Source of the DNA: Mobula hypostoma
Taxonomy: Eukaryota
Reading direction: 5' to 3'
DNA: 64,000 nt
NCBI RefSeq assembly: GCF_963921235.1
Contig: NC_086118.1
Location: forward strand, 14,634,001-14,698,000
Under the pieces are notes generated by a model. It saw nothing but the letters and a program-made list of their open reading frames with translations, searched no databases and was not told where the DNA came from. Shown piece after piece: positions 12,161 through 25,262 of the stretch; position 1 is the first letter of the stretch, and the number at the start of each line of letters is the position of its first letter. The translations under genes and the position numbers were made by a program.

Positions 12161-15129
12161 CACAGGCACACCCTTTAGAAATTAGGATTCCAAAGTGTTC
12201 TAGGATAATCCAGCAGCTGAAGTTATCTGTTGGTTAGCGTTGATTCAGCCAGAACAAGAGATTCCAAGCAGGGCTCCCAACCTCTAGTAAGTAGTTCCCT
12301 TTGATCTTGGTGTTGGGAGGAATGGAGAGTGGAGGTATGTGTGGTTGTACTTGACCCAGACTAAGGGAAAGAACTTTAGGGATTAGAAATTAATCTCTAT
12401 TGGAAACAGTGTGTGTGATACTACCTGGTGGCCAACAGACGGTTTGTGTGAGTCCTCGCTCATCCTCTGACCTATTGCAGTACTGTCCTGCAAGTGAGGC
12501 CAAAGGCATCGAAATAGGATCAGCCTTGCGCCTTTGTGTGTGTGAAGACATTTCCTCCATTTGCCCCACCCTACAGACCAAGAAAAGAATTTGGTTACTG
12601 CTCAGTGGCTAGTAGGGATGTGGCATGCTATTGAGAGGGGTCTAGCTAGGGAGGAGGGATGAGGTTACAGTGGGTGGGTCCAGCCATCAGTTTGAGAAAA
12701 GTAATGACCTTCCAGGGCCATCAGGATAACAAAGGGGTAATCATGAACAGTTTGAGGAAAGAGTGGGGTTGGGGGATTGTGATTGACTTTACAGAGTGAC
12801 TGGGTTTGCAATAATCTGCTGCAGGAGTCTGGAACGACACACAGTGAAGGGTATGTTCAGCAGAAAAAGGATCTACCTTTTGTAGATACAGGACCTTGCA
12901 GGCCCATTCTTTGGACCATTTTTTGGAGATCCAGGAGACAGCAGAGACTAGAACCTGGAGCAAAGACAACCTGCAGGAAGGACTTAGGGTCAAACAGCAT
13001 CTGTGGGAGGAAAGAAAGCCATGATATTTCAGCTCAAAGCCTTGCATCAGGACTGAAAGTAGAGTGGTGAGATGGCCAGTATAAAGAGAGAAGGGAATGG
13101 TAAGAAAGGGTTCGGAGGTGATTGGTGAAACAGGGACGGATATAATCCAGAAGTGAATGCAGATGCTGGAAGCTGGAGGTCTCACGCATGTTAAGGAAAC
13201 CATCTTCTATGTGAACGCTCGTACTGTTTATAGGCCGCAAGTATACAAAAGAATTATAAGTTAGTGCTGCCCAGCTATGAGTTGGATGCCACTGCACATT
13301 GCTTTTCAGTATGTACAAAGTGCCTGGAAACAAGTTGCCAACCCTCCATAATCCACAAAGCAAGTTCATTCATTATGTGCCTTGTCACATGATGTGGGTG
13401 ATCATGGTCTTTCCATGACCAGGATTTTTCTACAGTTTGCCATTGCCTTCTTCTGGGCAATGTCTTTACAAGACAGGTGACCCCAGCCATTATCAATGCT
13501 CTTCAGAGATTGTCTGCCTGGCGTCGGTGGACTTGTGATATGCACCAGCTGCTCGTACAGCCATCTGCTGCCTACTCCCATGGCTTCACATAATCCTGAT
13601 CGGGTGGGGTGGGTGCAAAGCAGATGCTACTCCTTGCACCTTCTTTGGTAGAGACATATCTCCTCTCTGCCACCCCATAAAGCAAGTAGGCCTTTCATTA
13701 AATTCTGTAACATAAATATGTTTCACTATATGGCAAGATATCTAATCTTGTTCTTTTCGTACCACTGTAGTTAGACAGTATCTACTGACTGATGCAAGTT
13801 CAAATTTATCATTGTCATAGGCATACATACACAGTGTAGAAACACCATGAAAATTAGCTTCTTGGAGATGTAGCACAGTACATGATAAGACAAGGACAAA
13901 GATAATTTAACATAAACTTGAATTAACATAAGTTATGAAAAACGTTACATGTGCAAAATAAACAACAACACTGATACAAGGAAATGTAAAATGTATGACA
14001 TAAGAGATTGAGTTGAGCTCCACTTTTTAGCCTTTGTAATTAAAGCTGATCCACAACCTTCACCAGGTTTCATTCCAAATGCCATGTCTTCATTGCAATC
14101 AATTATTGATTCACCATAGGCACAGCTCAACAAAATGTCATGTGAAATCGCCAGGGCAGTAGCATGTCAGTAAGGGAAGAACTCTCAGTTACCATCAGCC
14201 AATCGGACCCCCAAGGTCAAGCACGGGGCCCAGGGACAATTAGGGTCAGTGGGATTTAGTAGTGGCCCATTGTTAGGTGGTCTGTTGGATGCACCTGGTT
14301 TACCTCAGCATCAGCCCAAACACTGGCAGGCCAAGATAAAAGTGATGACAAAACCTTTGGAGAGGTAGAGCTGAAAGCTTGCAGTACATCAAATTTCACA
14401 CCTTTCAATTTATATTACCTGCTGTGGTTAATCTGGCCATAAGTGTTTCTGTGATCGAAAGGAATTTGATTTGTTTGGAAAAGAGCAAAGACTTCATACG
14501 TTTGCACAGTTTGAAAGCTTTTTATTGAAGGGATGGAAATAATAGACCTCCTCAGCATTTAAGGACACTATTTGAAATTCTGTGCTGCATGCTGAGATTT
14601 AAAAACTGGCTACCCATCCACATGCATTGGGTCCAGATTAGGTAGTGTATTAAAAAAAATTACAATTCCTCTGGCTCAGGCAAGATTTTGGACTCTTTAT
14701 AAATCAGCATTATTGAGGATCTGCTAATGTGAACGCAAAAAAAAATACAAGATCATTGTTTCAATACGCTGCATTTCCAGTTATACTAATAAATATAATG
14801 GTCTTAGTTAAAACTAACAGCTGAGTCACATGTGCCTCAGAGGGGCTGACACGATCCAAGTTCTATTCCAAGCAGACTTTTATATTGAGGTACGAGTTGG
14901 TCAGCTTAATTTTCTTCAGTCTTCCTGCTGTGTCGGTATACTTGACTTCGTTGACTGTTCTGATGTTTTTGGTGCCAATTAATGAAACATTGAAATAGAG
15001 CAATTCTTCAAAGCTGCATGGGCATGAGTGACTCGTCTTACTGCATTAACCAACAAAACAGGCAGAAAACTCTTTGAAATATGATAAAAGAATAAAAACT
15101 GCTGCTATAATTTATTAGTGGTAAATGGA

Positions 15130-15560
15130 AGAGCTTATTATTTATAATAGGGATATATTTTTTCATTGCATTTTGTTATTGGCACATGTACCAAGATAGA
15201 GTGAAAAGCTTGTCTTGCACACTGTACATACTGATCAAGTCATTATACAGTGCATCGAGCTAGAATAAGGTAAAACAATAACAAATCATAATGAAGTGTA
15301 AAAAGCTATTGAAAAAGTGCAATACAGGAAAACAATAAAGTAGAAAATCATAACAAGGTAGATTGTGAGGCCAAGAATCCATCTTATCATAGAAGAGGTC
15401 TGCTCAAGAGTTTGATGGCAGTAGGATAGAAGATTGAGCCTGGTAGTAAGTATTTTCAGGCTTTTGTATCTTCTGCCTGATAGGAGAGGAGAGAAGAGAA
15501 AATGTTTGGGTGGGTGTAGTCTTTGTTTATGCTGGCTGCTTTACTGAGGCAAGAAAAGGC
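15130..15560 (-). mobile_element. Rex1/Babar-like LINE 3' end
   Basis: ORF 15456-15638 reads LSKAASINKDYTHPNIFSSLL, and the 3'UTR resembles other copies in the window. Confidence 0.6.
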
Positions 15561-16049
15561 CACAAAGCAGCTCATGAGGTAAGGATCTGCTGAAGAACAC
15601 CTCATACTGCATAAAAAACTAATTCTCCTTATTCTCATACTGTTGAAGCTGTGTGAAAATAGGCTTTGTTACTAGTTGAAGCAAACAGCATGGATACACT
15701 TAAGAGGAAGCTAGAAGAGTACTTGATAAACTGGCATGGATGCAGTGGACCAGTGGTAGCGCTTGCTCTGTTTTTAAGTTTTATCATTCAATACATAATG
15801 GAGAAAAGAATAAAATAATATATTGATATATATTTTTTAGACTTGCCATTCCATTAGACTGCTTTTGAGGAAAAGAAAATCTGTGTAAATGATTCTAATG
15901 TGGTATAAAGGGTGTCAGACTTTAGTCATGGAAATGAGGGCAGGGTGAGTTTTTGGTCCCACTTAGTGTGAGCATAGGGGTCAGAATATATTATGCATTC
16001 AAGCAAAACTGCCAATACTACTTCACGTACTGAGTGAAGAGTAGCGTAG

Positions 16050-16348
16050 CGTATCGCCATGGTAGCATAGCGGTTACAGCAACACTCTTACAGCCCAAGG
16101 TGTTTCGGAGTTCAATTCTGGCAACACTCTGTAAGGAGTCTCTGTACATCTTCCACGGGAAGTGCTCGGGTTTTCTCTGGGTCCTCTGGTTTCCTCCCAA
16201 ATTTCAAAGAAAGCTGGGTAGGTTAATTGGTCATTGTGACATGTACTATGATTGGGTTCGGGTTAATCGAGTTTGTCAGTTGTTGCTGGGGCAGTGTGGT
16301 TCAAAGGGCCACAGGGCCTACTGCATGCTGTATCGCTGAATAAATATA
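16050..16348 (+). mobile_element. V-SINE (HE1-like); similar + copies at ~30250-30525, ~39053-39312 and ~47540-47785
   Basis: A box ggtagcatagcgg, B box gagttcaattc, V-domain ggtttcctccca, and an aataaata tail. Confidence 0.75.
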
Positions 16349-17247
16349 CAAACTATCAGAGATGTGCTTGTAGAAATCGGACCAATCTTTACTTATCATG
16401 GAAATATTGCCTTGCAACAAGCTAGTTTTAAGATAATGCATTGTCGTCACTTATTATGATACTGGAGAGATCTTTAGGAAGGGTTAATATTATATCAACT
16501 TTATAATATGTCAGAATTGCTCTCTGTATTGCAGGTCTGGTAGTGCTGGGCCTCACTTTTAAGTGTACAATATACTCAATGGTATCCAATGGCAATCTTG
16601 GCGATTGTACCTTTTCCTATCCTTGTTGGAATATCTATATAACTTATGGGTAATCCCACTTCTGTCTTATGATTTAATGATTTTCTAGAGAGCTGTGCAC
16701 CTTGCATTGTTGTACCTCGCGGCTTTCTCTTCCTAATTTGTATTCGTATTCCAGAAGTTGAGTTGTCTACAACTCCTACTGTCCTGCTGCCTGTAACTCA
16801 ACAATTTAACTGAAAATAGGCAATGAAAGTGTTGCTCTTCGCCTGCTTTTAGTATGGAGTTTTGCATTACTATTGTATTGAAGTTTTTAAATGCCTTCTT
16901 TGTGTGGACAGCACCCTCTGATCTGCCTGGAATATTTCATTAGCATTTTCTACTCTGTTTCCCACCACCCAAATTAAAACAGTGGTTGTGTTATTCACAG
17001 CACCTAGTCAGTCATAAAAACATGCTCAAAAGTACTTATCTACTTAAAGAAGAATCTGTGGAGGAGGTGATGTGTGAATATGCTGCATTTGATTTGACAT
17101 GCATGGATAGTTATGGTCTTGAGAGCAAAGGGAAGAATGAGCCAAAATGCACAACAAAAAATTGGTAGATTTCTCTCAATCTTTCTCTGTCCCAAATTTC
17201 AACATGGATCGCACTAATGATTTTTCTTTGTACTACTTATTTTACAG

Positions 17248-17304
17248 GCCCGGGTTGAGGAACTGGAGGAGGAGTTGGATGCAGAACGAGCGATGAGAGC
17301 CAAG
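17248..17304 (+). CDS. MYH16: Myosin heavy chain (MYH16-like) rod exon A, 57 nt, phase 0-0
   Basis: Splice sites tttacag|GCC and AAG|gtatat. Translates ARVEELEEELDAERAMRAK, a sarcomeric myosin S2/hinge sequence; ERAMRAK is MYH16-like. Confidence 0.9.
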
Positions 17305-17734
17305 GTATATTTTAGCAGGAACTGAATGAGTCAATTTTTTTTTAAACTGAAAGCTATAATAAATTATATATGAATAGAGAGTAAAAGTAGATATTCATGA
17401 CCTACAAAACAAATTACCATCAATGACTAGCCATCAACAAGATAACTAACCTAGTTGTTTTAAAGCTGAAGTGTCATAAGGTATTTCACACTAATGTAAA
17501 GAGCTTCCCACAAGCTACATATGAGAGTTGATAGCTAAAAGCTTAGCCAGAGGTTGGTTTTAAGAATTGTTTAGAGGAAATGGAGGTCTAGTTACAAGGT
17601 TTTCAGAAGGAAAGAGTGAATAATTTTTGTGCCACATTAAATCATAGTTTCTGAATGGTTCGTTGGCTAATTGAACTAATTACAATTGCAAAAGAAGTGG
17701 TTGGTTATTTAAACCCAAGGTGTACAGAAAGCTC

Positions 17735-18690
17735 CAGGTTCAAAGTTCAAGGTACATCTATTATCAAAATATATATGCAGAATACATCTCAGATTCGGCT
17801 TCTCCCGATAACCACAAAACACAGAAAAACATGGAAGTCATTCAAAGAAAACACATCAACCTCCCTCCCCCCAACAGGCAAAAAACACAATTGACAAGAA
17901 GAACATCAATGCCCCGTGAGTGCAAATAAAACAAATCGTGCAAACAGCATCAAGAACACCACCCCCCATGCTAAAAAAACAAATCACGCAAATGGTAACA
18001 AGAAAGGATGAGCAAAAACACAGAATATAAAAACATAAAATCGAAAGAGTCCAATTGAACTACAGTCCAATCCATAAATCACAGATCCAGAACTCTGGCG
18101 CCATCGTCCAACAGCATGAAAGGGGAGAGAGAGACCATTCAAACGCATAGACCTTCCCTTGGGAGCAGCAAGTGAAAGGGAGAGAGAGACTGTCACATGC
18201 AGACACCTCTTCCAGCAGCAGAGAGCAAGAGGGAGGGAGTCACCATTCAAATACAAGAGCCTTTCCTCGGGAGCAGTGGGCAAGGGGGAGAGAGAGAGAC
18301 CATCACACGCAAATACTTCCTCTGGCAGCAGCAAGCAGGAGGCTGGTAGATGGCACTGAACGCCCGCTTGCCTTCTGAACTCACTTTGATGTTTCAATCT
18401 TCCTCAACATTTTGTTCGGTAAAAAATGGAGTTGGTCATGGGCTTTCGCCCCACCTGTAAGCATCTTGGCCTGGAGGCCACTCTCCTCCTGGAACCTTCT
18501 CGGTAATAGCAAAGTGCCAGATCGCTCAATTGGCCCGAAAACACACCTTCAAGCTTTTGGTGCAGGCTCCGACAATACCAGAACCACATTTAAAAGAAAA
18601 GCAAGATATAAAAGAAGTGAAAGAAACAGTTTTGTGGACTATCTGGAAGCCGCCGCCTGAGGGAGCATTGTTCACTGGCACCATTTTGAC
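17735..18690 (-). mobile_element. Non-autonomous LINE-derived element with an internal ~60-bp tandem array (~18110-18335)
   Basis: On the reverse strand it starts caaaatggtgcc and ends in a (tgaac(t/c))n tail. Four degenerate internal units centre on gggagagagagacc, alternating A-B-A-B. Confidence 0.5.
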
Positions 18691-19884
18691 CAGAAGTCTC
18701 TTTTTGCAGAGAGTAGTGAACACCTCAGATTCAAAGCTCTCAGTTGTGGAGGTGAGCTTATTAGAACTATTTAAAGTGGATTGCAATACATTTTGATAGA
18801 TTGGGGAATTGAGAACTTTGAGGAGCCAATACAAAGGAGAAGTTGTGGCTTGGGGTAGATCAGTCATGGTTATATTGAATTTTGGGGCAAACATGAGAGG
18901 CTCTGTGACCTACTAGTGCTCCAGTGTTCTTGTGTAATGGCATGGTCCTGGACGTTACAAACTGGAAATCCCACGTCCCTTGTTGACTCTGCTTTAAATC
19001 AGTGTTTCTCTTGAGTTGATAGTAAATGCAAAATGTTAGACCTGGAGCAGTTCAAAGCTGAAATCTTCCCATTCTTCATGAAAAAGAAAAATCAGGACAA
19101 GATGAGGGCTATTGAAATCCTTAAGTCTATTCAACTTATCATTTAGATTAAGCTTAACATTCAGACGTCATTGAATATCTTTTGGAATCATAAACTCTTA
19201 CACGTGATCTGCCAGACTCATTTATAATAAACAATGCCAAATGATATAAGGACTGTTGCTTCTAGTACTGTACAAGGAAACCTAGATTAGTCTTGTGCTT
19301 TATAATTCATAATATTGCCTGGCTTTAATAGTGTTGTAATTGCTTACTATTGTACTGAAATATCAGCCAAGCATGTGTGCAGGAGGGAGAGAAAGAAAAT
19401 ACATTCGCCATTGTGAGCTTGCCGTGTCCTTTAAGCTTTCATAATTAATGACGTAATTTCAAAGTGCAGTCATAAACACAAAACATCCATTTCACCCAGG
19501 TGATTAGGCAGGTTGGTATTGCAGAGGAGCTGTTCTAATTGTGGTACCTCTCTCCCATTACAAATTTCACTCATACCCCTGGCCTCGAGGCAGAGGGGCA
19601 ATGACAGCTGGAGAGTGACAGGCTAGTTGCTGAGTGGCTGAGGTCTGTTCTGAGTTTCCTAATCAACACAGAGGTAGGGATGGAATTCGAAGAAATTATG
19701 CCATCCAAGTATCAAGCATGAAAGGATGAGTCATACCGGGATGTGTCTAGTTGATACTTCAAATGACACAAAACAAAACCAACCAAATCAGTTTTCAATT
19801 ATGTAACTCCAAGAACGAAAAATAACTACAGTATTTCCTTTTATAGCAATAAGTAATTCATTCAGAATAAATTCCAATAAGCCC

Positions 19885-22390
19885 ATAAAAGATAGGAGCA
19901 GAATTAGTTCATTCACTCATCAAATCTGCCCTATCATTTCTTCATGGCTGAACCATTTTCCTTCTCACCCCATTCTGCCTTCTCACAGTTAAGTTTCATG
20001 CCCTGACAAATCAAGAACCTATCAATCTCCACCTTAAATACACCCAATGACCTGGCCTTCATAGCGGCCTGCGGCAATGATTTCCATAGATTCACCATCC
20101 TCTGGCTAAAGAAATTCTTCCTCATCTCCATTCTAAATGGAACTCTATCTATTCTGAGTCTGTGCCCTCTGGTCCTAGACTCCCCCACTATAGGAAACAT
20201 CCAATGTATCTACATTTTCCAACATTCTGTAGTTTCAATGAGATCTCCCATTATTCTTCAAGATTCCAGTGAGAACAGGCCCCGAGCCACCAAACGCTCC
20301 TGTGATTCCCATAATTATTCTAAACCTCTTTTGAACCCTCTCAAATTTTAGCACATCCTTTCTTAAATAGGTGTCCCAAAATTCCTCACAATACTCCAAG
20401 TGAGGCATCACCAGTACTTTATAAAGCCTCAGCAGTGCATCCTGCTTTTATGTTCTAGTCCTCTTGAAATGAGTGCCAACGTTGCATTTGCCTTCCTCAC
20501 CACCGACTCAACCTGCAAGTTAACCTTCAGGGAATTCTGCATGAGGACTTCCAAGCCCCTTTCCACTGAATTTTTGAATATTTCTCTCCATTTTGAAAAA
20601 GGTCTACATTTTTGTTCCTTCTACAAAAATGCATGACCATAAATTTGTTGGAATTCTTTGAGGAAATAATAGACAGAATAGACAAAGGAGAGATGGTGGA
20701 TATTTTTTACTTGGATTTTCAGAAAGCTTTTGGCAAGGTGCAACACATGAGGTTGCTAAACAAGAGCCCTTGGTATTATATGAAAGATACTAGTATGGAT
20801 AGAATATCAGCTGATTAACAGAAGACAGATTGTAGCGCATGGCCAAGTGGTTAGGGCGTTGGACTAGCGAACTGAAGGTCGTGGATTCAAGCCTCGGCCT
20901 TGGCAGCGTGTATGTCCTTGAGCAAGGCACTTAACCAAACAATGCTCCAGTCTACCCAGCTGAGAATGGGTACTGGCAAAAAAAATGCTGGGAGTTAACC
21001 TTGAGATAGACTGGCGTCCTATTCGGGGAGGAGTCTCGTACTCTCAGTTGCTTCACACCACGGAAACTGGCATAAGTACCAGCCTGATGGGCCACAAGGC
21101 TCGAGCCAGACTTTAATTAATAACAAACTTCTTGTCACTGTATTTCCAACAACCACTTCTTTGCTCATTCTCCTAATCCGTCTAAGTCCATCAGTAGCCT
21201 CCTTAATTCCTCAGCACTACCTGGCCCTCCACCTATCTCCCGATCATCTGCAAATGTGGCCACAAAGCCGTCCATTCCGTCATTCAAGTTATTGGCATAT
21301 AACTTAAAAGATGCAGTCCCAACACCGAAGCTTGCCGTACAGGCAGCCAGCCTGTAAACGCTTACTTTATTCCCACTCTTTATTTCCTGCCAATTGACCA
21401 ATCCTCTATCCATGCTGGTATTTTTCTTGTAATAGCGTGGGCACTTATCTGGTGTAGTAGCCTCTGGTACAGCAGCTTGTCAAAGGCCTTCTGAAAATCC
21501 AAGTAAACAACCCCCACCGATTCTTCATTGTCTATCCTACTTGTTATTTCCTCAAAGAATTTCAACAGATTTGTCAGGCAAGTTTTCCTCATAAGAAAAC
21601 CATGCCCATTTTATCATGTGCCTCCAAGTACCCTGAGACCTCATCCATAATAAGCGACTCCAACATCTTCCCAAACACTGAGGTCGAGCTAACTGGCCTA
21701 TAATTTCCTTTGAAATTCTGGCATATATAGCTAATGTCTTCCTCAGTGAAAGCTGATGCAAAGTACTTATTAAGTTTGATCACCAGTTCCTTGTCTCCCA
21801 GTACTACCTGTCCAGCATCATTTCCCACTGGTCCAATATCTATTCTCCCTCTCTTTTACTCTTTATATATCTGAAAAAAAACTTTTGTTATCCTATTTGA
21901 TGTTATTGGTTAGCTTACCTTAATACTTCATCTTTTCCCTCCCTATGGTTTTTAAAAGCTACCCAGTCCTCTAACTTCCCACTCATTTTTGTTCTTTTAT
22001 CTGCCCTCTCTTTTGCTTTTATGTTGTTTTTGTCTTCCCTTGTGAGCCGTAGTTGCATCATCCTGCCTTTAAGGTACCAGTTTTTTTGGGATGCATTCCA
22101 AAGTGCCTTCCCAATTACTCCCAGAAACTCCAGCCTTTGCTGGTCTGCTGTCATCCCTGCTGGTGTCCACTTCCAGTCAGTTTTGGCCTGCTCGTTGCTT
22201 ATGCCTCTGTAGTTGCCTTTACTCCTCTGCAATACTGATACATCTAACTTTAGCTTCTCCCTCTCAAATAGCAGGGTGAAGACTCATTATGATCAGTCTC
22301 TTGAGGGTTCCTTTTCCTTAAGCTCCCTAATCAAATCCAGTTCAATATGCAACACTCAATCCAGAATTGCTTTTCCTCTAGTGAGCTCAA
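19885..22390 (-). mobile_element. Long decayed CR1 ORF2, interrupted at 20639-21120
   Basis: Minus-strand ORFs 19934-20200, 21165-21413 (FVATFADD), 21380-21592 (VYLDFQKAFDK), 21589-21828 and 21915-22232. Confidence 0.9.
20832..21120 (+). mobile_element. tRNA-derived SINE, Meta-SINE-like
   Basis: A box tggccaagtgg, B box ggattcaagcc, central gtccttgagcaaggcactta...cccagctg..aatgggtac, and 3' cctgatgggccac...agacttta. Confidence 0.7.
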
Positions 22391-23209
22391 TGAATATACA
22401 ATATAAGTATTCTATGGTAGCAGGTGCTCTTGAGAACTAGTTTGTTGATTACTTACTAAATGTGGACAGTTGCCTGAATTTGTGCCCTGCCTTGTGGCAC
22501 ACCTTACACTGTGGAAAGGCTCCCAATGATGTGGTTCACTTTATGAAGAGTTTGCTCATGCTCTAGATGTGCCCTGTTTATATTCTGCAGGCATATCTTG
22601 TGCATTGGCGCAGCAGTGCGTAAGGAGACTTGCCTACATAGACCTATTCAAATCTTGTGACTACATCTTTGAAAGGGTCAGAGGTGTACAGTTTTTCAGA
22701 ATTCACGTTCTTGAACTTTCTAGTGAGGTTTAAACAGGTCAAAAATACACCCCATTTGAGATTCTTGAATCTGCTTGTATCCGCAGACCTAACTGTTGTG
22801 ATTAACAACTGTCAGCTTGTCTTGTCCAATGAAACTGAGGCACTGAGTCCATTTGGTCTCTATAATAGGCAGCTAGAGAAAATGCACAATACAAATTGAT
22901 TTGTGTTAATGTTTCTGAGCACACACAATGCAAGTTTCCTTGAACCGCAGTCCGTTAAATTGTGTATGAAGTTTAGAATCTTTATTCCTTACTCATGTTT
23001 TGATTCATACAACAAGACACAACTTCAGTGAATGTTTACAATCGAGAGAAAATCTGCAGATGCTGGAAAACCAATTAACACACACACAAAATGCTGGAGG
23101 AACTTCAGCATCCCAGGCAGCATCTATGGAAAAGAGTACAGTCGATGTCTCAGTCCAAGACTAAGTCCTGCTGAAGGGTCTCGGTCCAAAATGTCTACTG
23201 TACTCTTTT

Positions 23210-24320
23210 CTATATTGGGGGTATGGTATTGATGTGGATAGAGAATTAGTTGGCAGACAGGAAGCAAATAGTGGGAATAAACGGGACCTTTTCAGAATGG
23301 CAGGCAGTGACTAGTGGGGTACTGCAAGGCTCAGTGCTGGGACCCCAGTTGATTATAATATATATTAATGACTTAGACAAGGGAATTAAATGCAGCATCT
23401 CCAAGTTTGCGGATGACACGAAGCTGGGCGGCAGTGTTAACTGTGAGGAGGATGCTAAGAGGATGCAGGGTGACTTTGATAGGTTAGGTGAGTGGGCAAA
23501 TTCATGACAGATGCAATTTAATGTGGATTAATGTGAGGTTATCCACTTTGGTGGCAAGGACAGGAAAACAGATTATTATCTGAATGGTGGCCAATTAGGA
23601 AAAGGGGAGGTGCAACGAGACCTGGGTGTCATTGTATACCAGTCATTGAAAGTGGGCATGCAGGTACAGCAAATGGTATGCTGGCATTCATAGCAAAAGG
23701 ATTCGAGTTCAGGAGCAGGGAGGTACTACTGCAGTTGTACAAGGCCTTAGTGAGACCACACCTGGAGTATTGTGTGCAGTTTTGGTCCCCTAATCTGAGG
23801 AAAGACATTCTTGCCATAGAGGGAATACAAAGAAGGTTCACCAGATTGATTCCTGGGATGGCAGGACTTTCATACGATGAAAGACTGGATTGACTAGGCT
23901 TGTACTCTCTGGAATTTAGAAGATTGAGGGGGGATCTGATTGAAACGTATAAAATTCTAAAGGGATTGGACAGGCTAGATGCAGGAAGATTGTTCCCGAT
24001 GTTGGAGAACTCCAGAACAAGGGGTCACAGTTTGAGGATAAAGGGGAAGCCTTTTAGGACTGAGATGAGGAAAAACTTCTTCACACAGAGAGTGGTGAAT
24101 CTGTGGAATTCTCCGCCACAGGAAACAGTTGAGGTCAGTTCATTGGCTATATTTAAGAGGGAGTTAGATATGACCCTTGTGGATAAAGGGATCAGGGGGG
24201 TATGGAGGAAAGGCTGGTACAGGGTTCTGAGTTGGATGATCAGCCATGATCATACTGAATGGCGGTGCAGGCTTGAAGGGCCGAATGCCCTACTCCTGCA
24301 TCTATTTTCTATGTTTCTAT
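23210..24320 (+). mobile_element. Relatively young 5'-truncated CR1
   Basis: ORFs 23250-23507 (QGSVLGP...KFADD), 23678-23893 and 23900-24322; tail ctatgtttctatg. Confidence 0.92.
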
Positions 24321-24888
24321 GAAATACCATTGATCATTCTTTCGTAAGTAATACACTTAGTGTATTTTAATTCTGCTCCACAAATGGAGTTAATTGGAAA
24401 TGAATTCCTCACCATCTTATGTCAGACCCATGCACTTGATTTCTGGTGTGGGCCTTCTCTAGCACCTTCCACAGCATAATTACAATGATCAATCAGTGCC
24501 ATTGACTGAACTACCCTATGAGGTAGGCTTGGACATAATCGGAAGAAATTTATCATCTCATTTTCTACTAGAAAAGGTATCATTATCCCAGCCCCAAGGC
24601 TTAAATCAAGTCTACTTTCATGTATTTCATTTTGCCAAGGTGCAAACGTTCTTTTTAACTTCAGTAGTAGTGTTGAAATGAGATAAAGCAGGGTTTGACG
24701 GCAGGGAAACTATCTATGATACATTTGTTATATTTCTAACAGGTGTTCATGTAAGAGAGAGACTATCGATCAATCCTTATATGATGAGTACTAAAATGTT
24801 GCAGTTGTTTTGAGCAATTGTCTACGTTCTCACACAACCTGTATTTTAGAAAAAGTGTGCCAAATTTCTCTCATGTTAAAGAAAGACA

Positions 24889-25231
24889 CAAGAGTGATTG
24901 ATAAGTTCGTAGCCTAAGGTAGAAGGACTTGAGTTATTAACTTCAACCTTTCTGCATAATCACTCAAAGAGTTGAACTGCACGCGCATATAACAAGAGCT
25001 GTATAACTCATGTCTTTATACCCTAGGCCACGAACTTATCAATCACCCGACTGCGGACCACTTTCTGGCGGTCCAAGGCACTGACTTCTACAAAGAAGGG
25101 ATCGGTATGCTCCACGACTGCTGGACTAAGTGTGTAAATGTAGGAAGGGACTATGTTGAAAAATAAATGTGCTAGGTTTTCTAAAATTGACTCCTTCTAC
25201 CTTAGGCCACAAACTTATCAATCACCCCTTG
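24889..25231 (+). mobile_element. Mariner-derived MITE
   Basis: TIR caagagtgattgataagttcgtagcctaaggtagaagga at the left end and tccttctaccttaggccacaaacttatcaatcacccttg|TA at the right. Transposase C-terminus FYKEGIGMLHDCWTKCVNVGRDYVEK* at 25086-25166. Confidence 0.85.
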
Positions 25232-25262
25232 TACTGAGAACCGTAATACTAACTTAGTAACT

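Noticed and set aside
1..17247. Expected upstream ~91-nt myosin exon (..EDEQ..LQ.K.KE.Q)
   Set aside because: Not found by eye. The gatgagcag near 10258 hits a stop within a few codons and lacks splice sites, so the exon is probably outside the window.
20832..20905. tRNA gene
   Set aside because: A and B boxes are present, but no complete cloverleaf or terminator; the sequence continues into a SINE body.
21060..21110. Hammerhead in the SINE tail (gaaac...ctgatgg)
   Set aside because: The core reads CUGAUGG, and there is no NUH site or stem I in register. More likely a LINE-derived 3' stem-loop.
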